64,000 nt of DNA, taken from positions 32,001 to 96,000 of IMG/VR virus record IMGVR_UViG_3300027881_000536; one strand, written 5' to 3'. The notes beneath the pieces were generated by a model. It made no database searches. It was not told where the DNA came from and saw nothing but the letters and a program-made list of their open reading frames with translations. This DNA is from a virus. How positions within the stretch are numbered: position 1 is the first letter of the stretch; each line of letters begins with the position of its first letter. The position numbers and the translations under genes were made by a program. Positions 50,496 through 59,187 of the stretch are shown piece by piece.

Positions 50496-51091
50496 CACCA
50501 CATCACCTCTATGTCATCAATGATACCAGTCTTTGCATTGCGAGCCTTAACGAAGCCTTCATCCCTACCATAGTGTAGTAGGTCGTAGACTAGTTGAGTA
50601 TCTTTGAGACAATACTCTGCTACCTCGTTGTAGCGACCTTCTTCCCAAGCCTTGGGAGCATCTGCACTTTCCATCAGTTTCTCACTACCTAGAGTGTGTT
50701 TACAGACATCTCCGAGGGAGACTGGAGTACCAGAAGAGCGAAGGATGGCTGAGGTGTCTATGACATGCTCCTTGTAATTGCTCATCAATTCCCCTGCATA
50801 GTGGCAGTCTAGTGCATCTCTTAGGACTGGTAGGTCGAAGCCCATTAGGTTGTGACCTATGACTCTACCCCCACCCTCTACATGTTTTTGCAGGTGTTCT
50901 CCTAAGTTCCTAGGGTGGAGTGGATGAGTAACAACTCCCTCTAATTCTATGTCCTTCTTGGAGAACACATGCCCTTCGTCACCATCCCAAGTGGCTACTA
51001 CCGTGGGCTCAAACAAGTGAGTGTTATCCCAACCACCCACTTGCCATGAGTAGTTGGATGTCTCAATGTCTAGGGACATTATCTTACTCAT
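50495..51091 (-). CDS. DEDD/RNase H-fold 3'-5' exonuclease
   Basis: LDIET (ExoI), GHNLMGFD (ExoII), YCLKD (ExoIII). Confidence 0.88.
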   Translation of the reverse strand: MSKIMSLDIETSNYSWQVGGWDNTHLFEPTVVATWDGDEGHVFSKKDIELEGVVTHPLHPRNLGEHLQKHVEGGGRVIGHNLMGFDLPVLRDALDCHYAGELMSNYKEHVIDTSAILRSSGTPVSLGDVCKHTLGSEKLMESADAPKAWEEGRYNEVAEYCLKDTQLVYDLLHYGRDEGFVKARNAKTGIIDDIEVMW

Positions 51092-52554
51092 ACCTTATCA
51101 CCTACCCACCTGATGTATGGAATCCCAGACATCTTAGTTTCCTTGAACAGAGCCCGAGCCTCCTTGTAGTGGTTGTATACCACAGGGGTGCTGCGGTCTT
51201 GTAGTCTTCCGTAAGCCTTGAGAACATCCTTCTTGAGATTCCACCCATCACCACGATGGTCGCCTAGGTCATAATCTTTACAGGCTTCTAGTGCCTTGGT
51301 CCATGCGTCTGTCTTGGCTATCTTCTCAGCCTTAGCAGCACCCAGTTCTAGGTCACTCTCAAGCCACACGATGAGTCGCTCGTAGACATCGTAGAGTATT
51401 TCCATAGCCATATCTATGTGGTCACCTGTGATAACCCACGCTTCGGACGGGTCATATGGACCTTCCTTTTTCACCTCATTCATCTCAATTAGGAGAAGGT
51501 GAGTAGCCATGATGTTCAGATAGTTCTCGATGTTAGGCATGAAAGACAGGATAACATCACTCAGTTGGTCATCCATTCCCTTCACCAGTCTGTAGAACTC
51601 CTCGATTGCTGAGTCTAACGCTGGGTCGAAGTCCCTACTCTTTTGGAACATGTTCAGAGCAGAGGCCCTGACTAGACGCTCTCGCTCTTCTCTTTCCTCC
51701 TTGATGTTCTCATCCAAGTCCTCCCACATTACTGCATCAACATGGGGTGATGAGGCGAACAAATGTTCTCTCACCATAGCCTCCACCTCTCTGAAGTGTC
51801 GGGCCAAATCCTCCGTGGACTTCACGCCTTGCATCTCATCAGACCATAGACCTGACATCCTCCGCTTGGACACTGCCATCCTCATGTCATTGTCCCAGTG
51901 ACAGAACATGAGTAGCACACGCTGGAACAGCCCCTTGGTCAGGACATACTCCTTCACGCCCGATGGGGGGAAGGTTGTAATCCAATGTGAAGTGCGGGAC
52001 TCAGTCTCAATCTTACCATCCTTCATGTGCTTGGTGAGTGTGTTACTGTGGCTTCCTACAGGGTTCATCGACTGCTGTAGGTAGAGAATAACTTCTGAGA
52101 AGAACTGCTTCGGGTTAGGTTGTAGCAGGACACTCCCTTCATCGAAGTTCAGCAGTTTCTTACCATTGAGTAGACCAGGTGTCTCCTCGGTGTAGAAGTT
52201 CCCTTCCTCATCCTTCATCTGTTTGAAGGAACCTATCAGTCCAGCGTCTGTGCCAGAGGTGAAGGTGTCTGCGTCGAGGTTGGCGTGCTTTGCTACTTCA
52301 CCTATGAATTCCCAAGAGATGGATTTTCCAGCGCGGGTAGGTTGAATCCAGAACACATGGAATCTAGGGTCTAGATAGGATGCCCAAACTGGTATCCTCA
52401 CATAATCCACCACCGCTTGCCCCTGTAAGTAGAAGAAGGAGAGTAGTCCCGGTAACTCATTGAAGAAAGAGGTCTTACTAAACCTCTCAATGTAGTCTTT
52501 CAGTATAGGATAGCGTTTGACTGCAGTGTATTGTCGCCAGGTTCTTCTTGCCAT
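51088..52554 (-). CDS. Divergent MCM-like AAA+ ATPase/helicase lacking the usual N-terminal OB/Zn domain
   Basis: Walker A-like PTRAGKS, DAGLIGS (cf. MCM SxAGLT), Walker B-like LNFDE, arginine-finger-like GLFQRV. Confidence 0.62.
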   Translation of the reverse strand: MARRTWRQYTAVKRYPILKDYIERFSKTSFFNELPGLLSFFYLQGQAVVDYVRIPVWASYLDPRFHVFWIQPTRAGKSISWEFIGEVAKHANLDADTFTSGTDAGLIGSFKQMKDEEGNFYTEETPGLLNGKKLLNFDEGSVLLQPNPKQFFSEVILYLQQSMNPVGSHSNTLTKHMKDGKIETESRTSHWITTFPPSGVKEYVLTKGLFQRVLLMFCHWDNDMRMAVSKRRMSGLWSDEMQGVKSTEDLARHFREVEAMVREHLFASSPHVDAVMWEDLDENIKEEREERERLVRASALNMFQKSRDFDPALDSAIEEFYRLVKGMDDQLSDVILSFMPNIENYLNIMATHLLLIEMNEVKKEGPYDPSEAWVITGDHIDMAMEILYDVYERLIVWLESDLELGAAKAEKIAKTDAWTKALEACKDYDLGDHRGDGWNLKKDVLKAYGRLQDRSTPVVYNHYKEARALFKETKMSGIPYIRWVGDKV

Positions 52555-52578
52555 AGGTCGGGTGGCGTCATACCTAGT

Positions 52579-52586
52579 CTATAATA
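52579..52586 (-). promoter_or_regulatory. Putative TATA box for the MCM-like gene
   Basis: TATTATAG on -, ending 25 nt before the ATG at 52554, in one of the few intergenic gaps. Confidence 0.45.
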
Positions 52587-52612
52587 CCTGTCCCTATCAA
52601 GAAAGAATAAGC

Positions 52613-53359
52613 CTAAGAATCTCGAGAACTTCGACGCTCGATGTGGACTGGTTCCTCACTGGTGAGAGCCTCTAGAACCCTAGCCCTAAGCACCTTACCC
52701 ATGCGTGGTACTCCCCTGAGACAGTCCCCACAAGCAGCCTCCTCTAGGCTACCACAAGCACCGATAATCTTGTCCACCATCTCATCACCTATGCCTGGGA
52801 TGGTACGGAGCATGTCTACTCTGACATCGTTGCTTGATACCCTACGGATAGCCTGTGCGCCGTGTCTACTGGCACTCTTGTAGGTCTTCTCATGTAGACC
52901 TACCATGAAGTGTGATGCCTCCATCAGGTTAGGTGCACGGTATACTAGGCACCCAAAGTCTGCAGCGATGCGGGCTAAGCCTCCTGCTACCTGCTTTGTT
53001 GCAGCACTGAAATTGATGGAGCCTCCTCTTGCTTGGGCCTGCTTGACATAGTCTGCTACTGGACCCCACACTACTACTCCATACATATCTACATTGGCGT
53101 CGAGATTATCTAACTGCCTCATTAGATGCCCACTCCTAAGTGATTCTAGGAAGTCCCCCACACTCTTGGCTTCCATATACCATTCTCCACACTTGTAGTC
53201 CCCAACAACTAGATGTTCTCTAACTATGGAGAGGGGTGGGCTCTTCTTGTGAGCCCTGCGTTCCACTGCATCGAACAGTGGACCACGCTCGTTGGTGTCT
53301 ATCACTAGTGGTCTTACAGACTTCCTGTCCCGTCCCATAACTGGCACCTCCCGAGGCAT
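52613..53359 (-). CDS. ERCC4/XPF-family structure-specific nuclease with a C-terminal HhH
   Basis: IDTNE, VGDY, EAKSVGD (ERKxxxD variant) and IPGIG HhH. The true start may be the second Met. Confidence 0.88.
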   Translation of the reverse strand: MPREVPVMGRDRKSVRPLVIDTNERGPLFDAVERRAHKKSPPLSIVREHLVVGDYKCGEWYMEAKSVGDFLESLRSGHLMRQLDNLDANVDMYGVVVWGPVADYVKQAQARGGSINFSAATKQVAGGLARIAADFGCLVYRAPNLMEASHFMVGLHEKTYKSASRHGAQAIRRVSSNDVRVDMLRTIPGIGDEMVDKIIGACGSLEEAACGDCLRGVPRMGKVLRARVLEALTSEEPVHIERRSSRDS

Positions 53360-54387
53360 AAACCGCCAGCCTCGAGAGAAGCACAGTGTTTTTGGTATCC
53401 TTTGTCCACTATGCTCCTAACATGGTAGCGAGTCACATTTTCATCGTAGTCAGCCCATTGAAGGGTGGCTATGTATCTTGATATGGATTCAGCGTGACCT
53501 TCACGCATCTCCTGTGTCGTTCGTTCTACAGGTAGAAAGTTCCTGAGTCTGGAGGCTAGGTAAATCACTAGAGATGCCCGAGCATCATGTGGTGGGTTGC
53601 TTCCCACTTGACAGGCTGCTTCTACTAGACAGGGGAGAATCCTCACCCCTTCCATCTCTACTGTATCGAATTGTAATGCTGGGCCTGATGTATCGAAGCG
53701 TGTCTTCTTCACATGCTCGAGAGGTAGGTCTATTCCGTTAGTCCCGTAGGTGAAGTGGCCTTTACGGTGTGCTTCTGCTTTCTCACACACATCATCCCAG
53801 GACCACTTGAGTATCTCTGCACTCCTAAGTGGTATACTCCATCTCCCTACATGTTGCTTGGCATTGTAGGAGTTGGGAATACGGATGAGTCTAGCCATGT
53901 CGAAAGGTACAGTAGGGTCCATGCAGGTTAGGTCTAGACTATCCTTCCAGTCATTGATGACCTTCTTACCTGCAGCCTTGATGAGAGAGACCTCACTACC
54001 AGTTGCTGGCCGGTGTGTCTTGGAGAGTTGAATCCAGATATGAAATCCATTTCCGCTGAACCATACAGCATGGCAGACATCTTTGTCCATCAAGACTTGA
54101 TGTAGTCTGCGTACCTGCTCCATCACTTTGTCCCCATCTACATCGAGAACCATGCTACCTTTCCTTTCCTTCTTGTCGAAGTCCAGCACGAAGTTCCTCA
54201 CTATTGCGGTGTTGTATTCAGCACGCTTACCACTAGTCTTGACTGCCCTGTAACCATACACACTGGTGTAGGCACACTGACTGTTTCTAAGTGAAGTCCA
54301 GTATCGTTCTAGTTCCTCAGGGTTGTGGACTACCTTACGGAATAGTCCTACCTCACGAGGGAAGTCGAAATCAAGGACTGAATTCAT
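53314..54387 (-). CDS. Archaeo-eukaryotic primase: PriS catalytic domain fused to a PriL-like Fe-S domain
   Basis: LDFD, FSGNGFH, D..RLIRIPNSYN; C-terminal LPC...H.AR...C....LCLGRC. Confidence 0.88.
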   Translation of the reverse strand: MNSVLDFDFPREVGLFRKVVHNPEELERYWTSLRNSQCAYTSVYGYRAVKTSGKRAEYNTAIVRNFVLDFDKKERKGSMVLDVDGDKVMEQVRRLHQVLMDKDVCHAVWFSGNGFHIWIQLSKTHRPATGSEVSLIKAAGKKVINDWKDSLDLTCMDPTVPFDMARLIRIPNSYNAKQHVGRWSIPLRSAEILKWSWDDVCEKAEAHRKGHFTYGTNGIDLPLEHVKKTRFDTSGPALQFDTVEMEGVRILPCLVEAACQVGSNPPHDARASLVIYLASRLRNFLPVERTTQEMREGHAESISRYIATLQWADYDENVTRYHVRSIVDKGYQKHCASLEAGGLCLGRCQLWDGTGSL

Positions 54388-54673
54388 CTAATTCCCCCCA
54401 CTTGAAATCAGTCAAGGCTTTGCGACACTTCTCATACACCAAGAGGATAGTTTCAGGGCTCGATATATGTTCTTTGGTGATAGTGATATCTAGATACTCT
54501 GCTATCGGAATTGGGTCTATCAGATTGTCTTCAGGTGGTTTTCCGTAGTGGACATAGACCCCTTCACTTCCAGCCTCAACCCTCAATGCTTCCTGCAGTA
54601 TCAGTCTGAATGCCTCTAGTATACTGTCCCTGTGTTTGTACATATCTTTGATAGACTCATCGAATGGGTACAT
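54371..54673 (-). CDS. 100-aa hypothetical protein
   Basis: Tightly packed in the operon. Confidence 0.65.
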   Translation of the reverse strand: MYPFDESIKDMYKHRDSILEAFRLILQEALRVEAGSEGVYVHYGKPPEDNLIDPIPIAEYLDITITKEHISSPETILLVYEKCRKALTDFKWGELDEFSP

Positions 54674-55591
54674 CTAACTCACCTTGAACTTGGGACATAG
54701 GTCCATGTAATCACAGTATGAACATTTGAAATCATCTTTGGTAATGGGGAAGTCCTGGGTAAGATACATCTTGATGAGTTTGGTGAGCCTGTGTTGCATG
54801 GCTCTTTCACTGACTTTGAGTGGCTTCTCATAATCTAACACTCCTGCTGAACTATAGCGCCAACCCCAATGGGTCACTGGTAAGTCACCCAATCCTAGGG
54901 CCTTTAGTTCTTCCATTGGAGTTAGTTCAACTAGCATCTTGTAGTAGGACATTTCCATCCTCATGTCTGATGTTTTGTACTTGCTCCACTTACCAGTTTT
55001 CAATTCCATGAGACCTAGTCCGTCCGTGTCTTGGAATACTCGGTCAATCACTCCGACCAGTTGTACTTCTACTTCCTTCCCATCTATGTGGAAGGTAGCC
55101 TTGGGTGAGAGTTTCACTTCGTTGGCTACAGGTAAGAACAGTTGGTCATCAGTAACTGACAGGCGTTGCATCTCATTACGCATCAACCAGTCCACATTGA
55201 GTTCGTAGTCACGCTCATAGAATGGTTCGTCCTTATCGCTCCCCCTTCTCATCTCAACCACTTCCTCCTGTGAGGGGAGCCATCCTCTGAATGTGTCAAG
55301 GACCAACCTGTTCTTCCCTTCCAGCACTGCTTTCCTCAAGTCCATCAGGGACTCGGGCTCAGCACGCTTGTAGAACTCCTCCACTGTGTTGTGGACATCA
55401 GTCCCTATTATGAGGTAGGGTTTGGACTCTTCAGGTACAGAGTGTGTCTTGGAGAGCCACAGTTGTTGAGCACACCACTTGGTATTTGCTAAGGTACTCT
55501 TACTGATGCGTATCTTCACCCCATCCTCCCCCATCTCAGGGGTCCAAGCATATGAGGACTCATCCTCATAGATGAGAGGTAGGGCTGGCAA
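54674..55591 (-). CDS. Cas4-like PD-(D/E)xK exonuclease
   Basis: ISKS, C-x-QQ, GTDVH, GVIDRV, ELKTGK and C-terminal CSYC...C (four-Cys Fe-S staple). Confidence 0.88.
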   Translation of the reverse strand: MPALPLIYEDESSYAWTPEMGEDGVKIRISKSTLANTKWCAQQLWLSKTHSVPEESKPYLIIGTDVHNTVEEFYKRAEPESLMDLRKAVLEGKNRLVLDTFRGWLPSQEEVVEMRRGSDKDEPFYERDYELNVDWLMRNEMQRLSVTDDQLFLPVANEVKLSPKATFHIDGKEVEVQLVGVIDRVFQDTDGLGLMELKTGKWSKYKTSDMRMEMSYYKMLVELTPMEELKALGLGDLPVTHWGWRYSSAGVLDYEKPLKVSERAMQHRLTKLIKMYLTQDFPITKDDFKCSYCDYMDLCPKFKVS

Positions 55592-55593
55592 AA

Positions 55594-55824
55594 TCAGTCC
55601 TCCAATTTTGGGGCGGTCTCGTATGCTATAGTCTTTATAGTTTCTAATTGTATGAGTTTCTCAAGGTATACCACTAGGTCCATCGCTTCCTCTTGTGCGT
55701 ACACAAGCCAGTCTAACTTGGAGAAGTCCTCCCTCTCCATAGTAGTGCCGTATTTCTTCAGTCCTACTGCAGCCCGTTCCTGTATCTTCTTACACGCAGC
55801 ATCTTCAATGGAACTCAAACCCAA
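55594..55824 (-). CDS. Small all-alpha NTP pyrophosphatase (MazG-like) family protein
   Basis: KKYGTT...WL.YAQEEAMDLVVYLEK contains the EExxD signature. Confidence 0.65.
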   Translation of the reverse strand: MGLSSIEDAACKKIQERAAVGLKKYGTTMEREDFSKLDWLVYAQEEAMDLVVYLEKLIQLETIKTIAYETAPKLED

Positions 55825-55885
55825 ATTCCTCCAGCGTCGTCTGTCTACTCTCTTCTTCTGTCATTGTTCTTCTTTCTTCTATCAT
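55805..55885 (-). CDS. 26-aa acidic micro-ORF with a PIP-box-like motif (MIEERRTMTEEESRQTTLEEFGFEFH)
   Basis: Manual translation. ATG one base after the PolB stop, with GGTGG upstream; QTTLEEF fits QxxLxxF. Confidence 0.6.
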   Translation of the reverse strand: MIEERRTMTEEESRQTTLEEFGFEFH

Positions 55886-55886
55886 A

Positions 55887-58205
55887 TTACCACCAACCAT
55901 ACGCCTTGGGACGGGGTGCTCCAAGAGCACCGTCTATGTCCCAACCAAGGGTAGTGTAAACACTATCTAACTTGGCCTTCAGCATTTTCTGGAGTATTAC
56001 ATCTGAATCTAGCACATAGCCCTCTAACTCAGAGGGTTCTCGATAGGCTATGATGTTGGGAATGCCCTGCACATAGGTCCAGGGAACTGAGTCCCCCTTC
56101 CCAAACTTGGGGCCTTTGGAATCGTCGTTGTAGTTTGTTGCTGCTTTAGCAGCACCACCCAACACCTTGTAGTCTCGGAGTGCCATCCCTAACCTAGTGG
56201 TCAGGGTCACCTCCTTGAGAGGGACTTCACCCTCGCGTATGGACATGGCTATCGGACGGACATAGGATTCTACCTCACCCTCATCTGCTCCGCTACACAC
56301 CATGTTGAACACCTCTTTCTGCACCTTCTTGGATAGGGGTGCTGCGTTGGAGGATTTCATCTCAAAGCCTGCCACTTTTAGTTCACCGCTCATCTTCTTA
56401 CCTACATACCTGTTCTTCTTGACCAGCAACCAGTAAGGCATCCAGTCTTCTAGTTCTACGGACAACATCTTGTTGCCAGTGGCCTCCTGCACAGTCTTCG
56501 TGATTTTGTCGGCCAGCATCTCAGCGTCCTCGTAAGGGACCTTGATGAATACTGAGTCAGTGTGACCATAGAGGCACTCGTAGCCATTGCTAGTGGTGAC
56601 TTGGTCCAGTAGGTGGATGCACCTCCTCCCCTCGTGGGTGATGGTGTGTGCTATGTCTAGGTCAGCCCAGCCATAACCACCATGTGCGGTCATGCCATAG
56701 AGTGAGGCCATGACCCTCTTAATCGCCATCTGTGTGGTGTTCCAAGCACCGCGTTCTTCCTCGGTTTCAGCGTGTCGCATCTTGAACTTACATTCATCTC
56801 GATAGGCGAACAGATACTCTACTACACTAGGTAGCAAACCCTGCTCACTCTGGTCCCAGAAGGTGCCGTTATCGAGTTGGAGTATGTTCTCACCAGGGCC
56901 GTCCCTCTTGGTCTCATAAGAGAGGTTGTTGCCTAAAATGAGAGATGCATACAGCCCCTTGTAATCAAGCAGGCCAACGCCTTGATGCAAACCAGTTACA
57001 AGATTCAGTCCTACTTCTGCACCCTTGAGTGAGCCACTGTCACCTCTGGCTCTGGTTGGAGCCTTCTTGTCTGTCCTCCTTGAGAGTAGACCCCTAGCGA
57101 AGTTAGTCACATTACATGCTGAGGGTAGAGTGACTCCGCAGAGTCTGACCATCTGTATGTAGAAGTCGGTGACATTCTTGGCCTCATCTATCCCTCTGAG
57201 TAGATGGGTGTCTAGTAGACAGTAGTCCACGAAGTCACCCCAGTGTTTGTACCATCCATTGTGGACATCCATGCCCTCTATATCCTCAGTGAGTTTGGAA
57301 CCTAGGCCTAGCGTCTCTGCTATGTCGTTGAGTTTGAGGGATGGTAGTTGACCACCCCCACTGTCTTTCCATACTCGCTCGAATCCTGTGCCACTGCTGG
57401 CCTGGGCTGCAGTATCGAACTGCCATCTACCTATGATGGGTTGGTCTGTTGGGTCATACCTGTCCTTACCCTTCCTGAATCTCCTGACCTTTCCCACTGG
57501 ACTCATTCGCTCAGGGTATGGAATCCTGTTGATGAGGTGAGGTAGGTCTGCGAATGTCCCCGCGTGTGCAATTAGCATGTCGGGGTCGCGCTCACGCATG
57601 AATGATATGAAGGCCTCATGGAGTTCATGTTCTGAGTTGAAGAATCTTAGTTCATACTCTACATCACGAGCCATTCTCATTTGTGTGTCACCATGAGGTA
57701 TGTATTCCCACACATTGGTGCGTTCGTCAGCCCAAGCAAAGACCACTGGCGTGTCTAAGTCGCTGTCTATCACAGCGATGACTGTGGTGAATGGGTCATC
57801 ACCAGTGTCCCATTCTATGTCATACCACCACTTTCGTGGCTTCCAGTCTGGCATAACTTGGACATTGTCTATCAGCCAGCGGTCTGTGAATCTAATATCA
57901 GCCTCGTATGTGTTGCTGAATTGCTCCCTCATCCTTGTAATCTCAAAGGGAGACTGTGCCTCTACTTTCACCAGTGGTGTGCCGTCGAGGCCAACGGCTT
58001 GCTCCTCGTAGATGACTCTGCTTTCTGGGAATCTAGTCATCACCCTCCTGAACTGGAAGTCAGGAGAGTTCTTTGGCACCCAGAAGTATGGCTTGTAACT
58101 CCTATCTGTGTGCTCGATGAGGTTACCCTCCTCATCACGGTATCGTGAGTATATGATGGGTTGCTCACCATTCTCATAGTAATCATCGACTATCATTCTG
58201 AACAC
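55887..58205 (-). CDS. polB: Family B DNA polymerase with variant motifs
   Basis: ExoI YDIEW, ExoIII YCLLD, motif A DYKGLYAS, motif B KRVMASLYG, motif C YGHTDS. An alternative ATG at 58196 overlaps the upstream stop (ATGA). Confidence 0.95.
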   Translation of the reverse strand: MFRMIVDDYYENGEQPIIYSRYRDEEGNLIEHTDRSYKPYFWVPKNSPDFQFRRVMTRFPESRVIYEEQAVGLDGTPLVKVEAQSPFEITRMREQFSNTYEADIRFTDRWLIDNVQVMPDWKPRKWWYDIEWDTGDDPFTTVIAVIDSDLDTPVVFAWADERTNVWEYIPHGDTQMRMARDVEYELRFFNSEHELHEAFISFMRERDPDMLIAHAGTFADLPHLINRIPYPERMSPVGKVRRFRKGKDRYDPTDQPIIGRWQFDTAAQASSGTGFERVWKDSGGGQLPSLKLNDIAETLGLGSKLTEDIEGMDVHNGWYKHWGDFVDYCLLDTHLLRGIDEAKNVTDFYIQMVRLCGVTLPSACNVTNFARGLLSRRTDKKAPTRARGDSGSLKGAEVGLNLVTGLHQGVGLLDYKGLYASLILGNNLSYETKRDGPGENILQLDNGTFWDQSEQGLLPSVVEYLFAYRDECKFKMRHAETEEERGAWNTTQMAIKRVMASLYGMTAHGGYGWADLDIAHTITHEGRRCIHLLDQVTTSNGYECLYGHTDSVFIKVPYEDAEMLADKITKTVQEATGNKMLSVELEDWMPYWLLVKKNRYVGKKMSGELKVAGFEMKSSNAAPLSKKVQKEVFNMVCSGADEGEVESYVRPIAMSIREGEVPLKEVTLTTRLGMALRDYKVLGGAAKAATNYNDDSKGPKFGKGDSVPWTYVQGIPNIIAYREPSELEGYVLDSDVILQKMLKAKLDSVYTTLGWDIDGALGAPRPKAYGWW

Positions 58206-58297
58206 CCATCACATCTTGGAGCAATCACTCTGCCGCAAGCACGACAGTGAGTAGTGTCAACTCCCTGCCAACCACAGAAACAATGCACTACTTTCAT
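58193..58297 (-). CDS. 34-aa Cys-rich peptide MKVVHCFCGWQGVDTTHCRACGRVIAPRCDGCSE
   Basis: Manual translation; ATGA overlaps on both sides; six Cys. Confidence 0.7.
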   Translation of the reverse strand: MKVVHCFCGWQGVDTTHCRACGRVIAPRCDGCSE

Positions 58298-58380
58298 ACT
58301 GCCACACTCATATTCCACATCATTAGGGCAACGGCTATTCCACCGAGCATTATCAAAGCCCAATCCCAATCTCTATCCAT
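58294..58380 (-). CDS. 28-aa hydrophobic membrane peptide MDRDWDWALIMLGGIAVALMMWNMSVAV
   Basis: Manual translation; ATG immediately after the clamp stop, with GAGGGGA RBS. Confidence 0.65.
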   Translation of the reverse strand: MDRDWDWALIMLGGIAVALMMWNMSVAV

Positions 58381-59136
58381 TCAATCCCCTCTTTGGTCCA
58401 AGATAACTAGCAGATGCTCCTTCTCCATGTGGCGCAGTATTAGCACGAACTTGTGCGAGGTGTATAGTTCTACCACTCCCGAAGGGATGCAGTTAACAAC
58501 ACTTGGAAACCAACCACCGAAACTTGACTCACAGGTCTTGGGTGGTCCAGCACAATCTTCTATGTCTACACTCAATGTCATGTTAGCAGTTCCTTTCTCA
58601 CCTGCAGTAATGTTCCACACCTTGTTTTTCACAGAGAATTGAGTGTTGATAGCGTGGTTCTTCCCTACTATCTTCTCGAGGGTCTGCACCTGCATGAGGT
58701 CAGAGGTGTGCAACTTACCGTAACAGGTTAGAGGTTCCCCTCCCCAATGCTTCCAGTTATCTCGTTCACTGTCCTCTTTGAGAGCCAGTGCCTTACTCGT
58801 CCTTACATTGGAGTGGACATACTCACTGTATGGTAGGGTGAGGTCTACATTGCCTGAGAGGACACGCAATGGTGTTTCTGAGGGCTGGTAGAGGCTCACC
58901 ATTGACTCCTTTGGTAGAGCCTTGGTAAATGTCAGGAGTTTACCTAGGTCTGAGATGACTATTGCACCTGAGTCTTCCACATCAGCACTCACACTAGTGT
59001 GCAACATGTGTGTCTTCATTGCAACGGTCCCAGTGAGGGACATATCCCGAGCCTCGAGCCTGAGGTCCCCCACCCCAGGCCCAAAGCCGTTCAACAGAAC
59101 GAGGAGTGCTTCCTTGCCAATATTTACTCGAGCCAA
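58381..59136 (-). CDS. Divergent PCNA-like sliding clamp
   Basis: 251 aa (PCNA size); alternating beta/alpha pattern with two similar halves; lies between PolB and RFC/RPA genes. Sequence similarity is weak by eye. Confidence 0.62.
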   Translation of the reverse strand: MARVNIGKEALLVLLNGFGPGVGDLRLEARDMSLTGTVAMKTHMLHTSVSADVEDSGAIVISDLGKLLTFTKALPKESMVSLYQPSETPLRVLSGNVDLTLPYSEYVHSNVRTSKALALKEDSERDNWKHWGGEPLTCYGKLHTSDLMQVQTLEKIVGKNHAINTQFSVKNKVWNITAGEKGTANMTLSVDIEDCAGPPKTCESSFGGWFPSVVNCIPSGVVELYTSHKFVLILRHMEKEHLLVILDQRGD

Positions 59137-59167
59137 GCGCCTTCCCCCATTTTTGGCGCAGCCTCGT

Positions 59168-59184
59168 GTATAAGAGTGTTTATA
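59168..59184 (-). promoter_or_regulatory. Putative TATA box(es) for the clamp-PolB sub-operon
   Basis: TATAAA (59179-59184) and TTATAC (59168-59173) on - in a 51-nt intergenic gap. Confidence 0.45.
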
Positions 59185-59187
59185 GTA

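Noticed and set aside
54674-55591. CRISPR-Cas system suggested by the Cas4-like gene
   Set aside because: No repeat-spacer array and no cas1/cas2 or effector genes were seen.
55887-58205. Intein or inactivated polymerase
   Set aside because: Length is normal, no intein motifs were seen, and both essential aspartates are retained.
59137-59159. GCGCC...GGCGC stem around the clamp RBS
   Set aside because: A 5-bp stem with a 13-nt loop is expected by chance.
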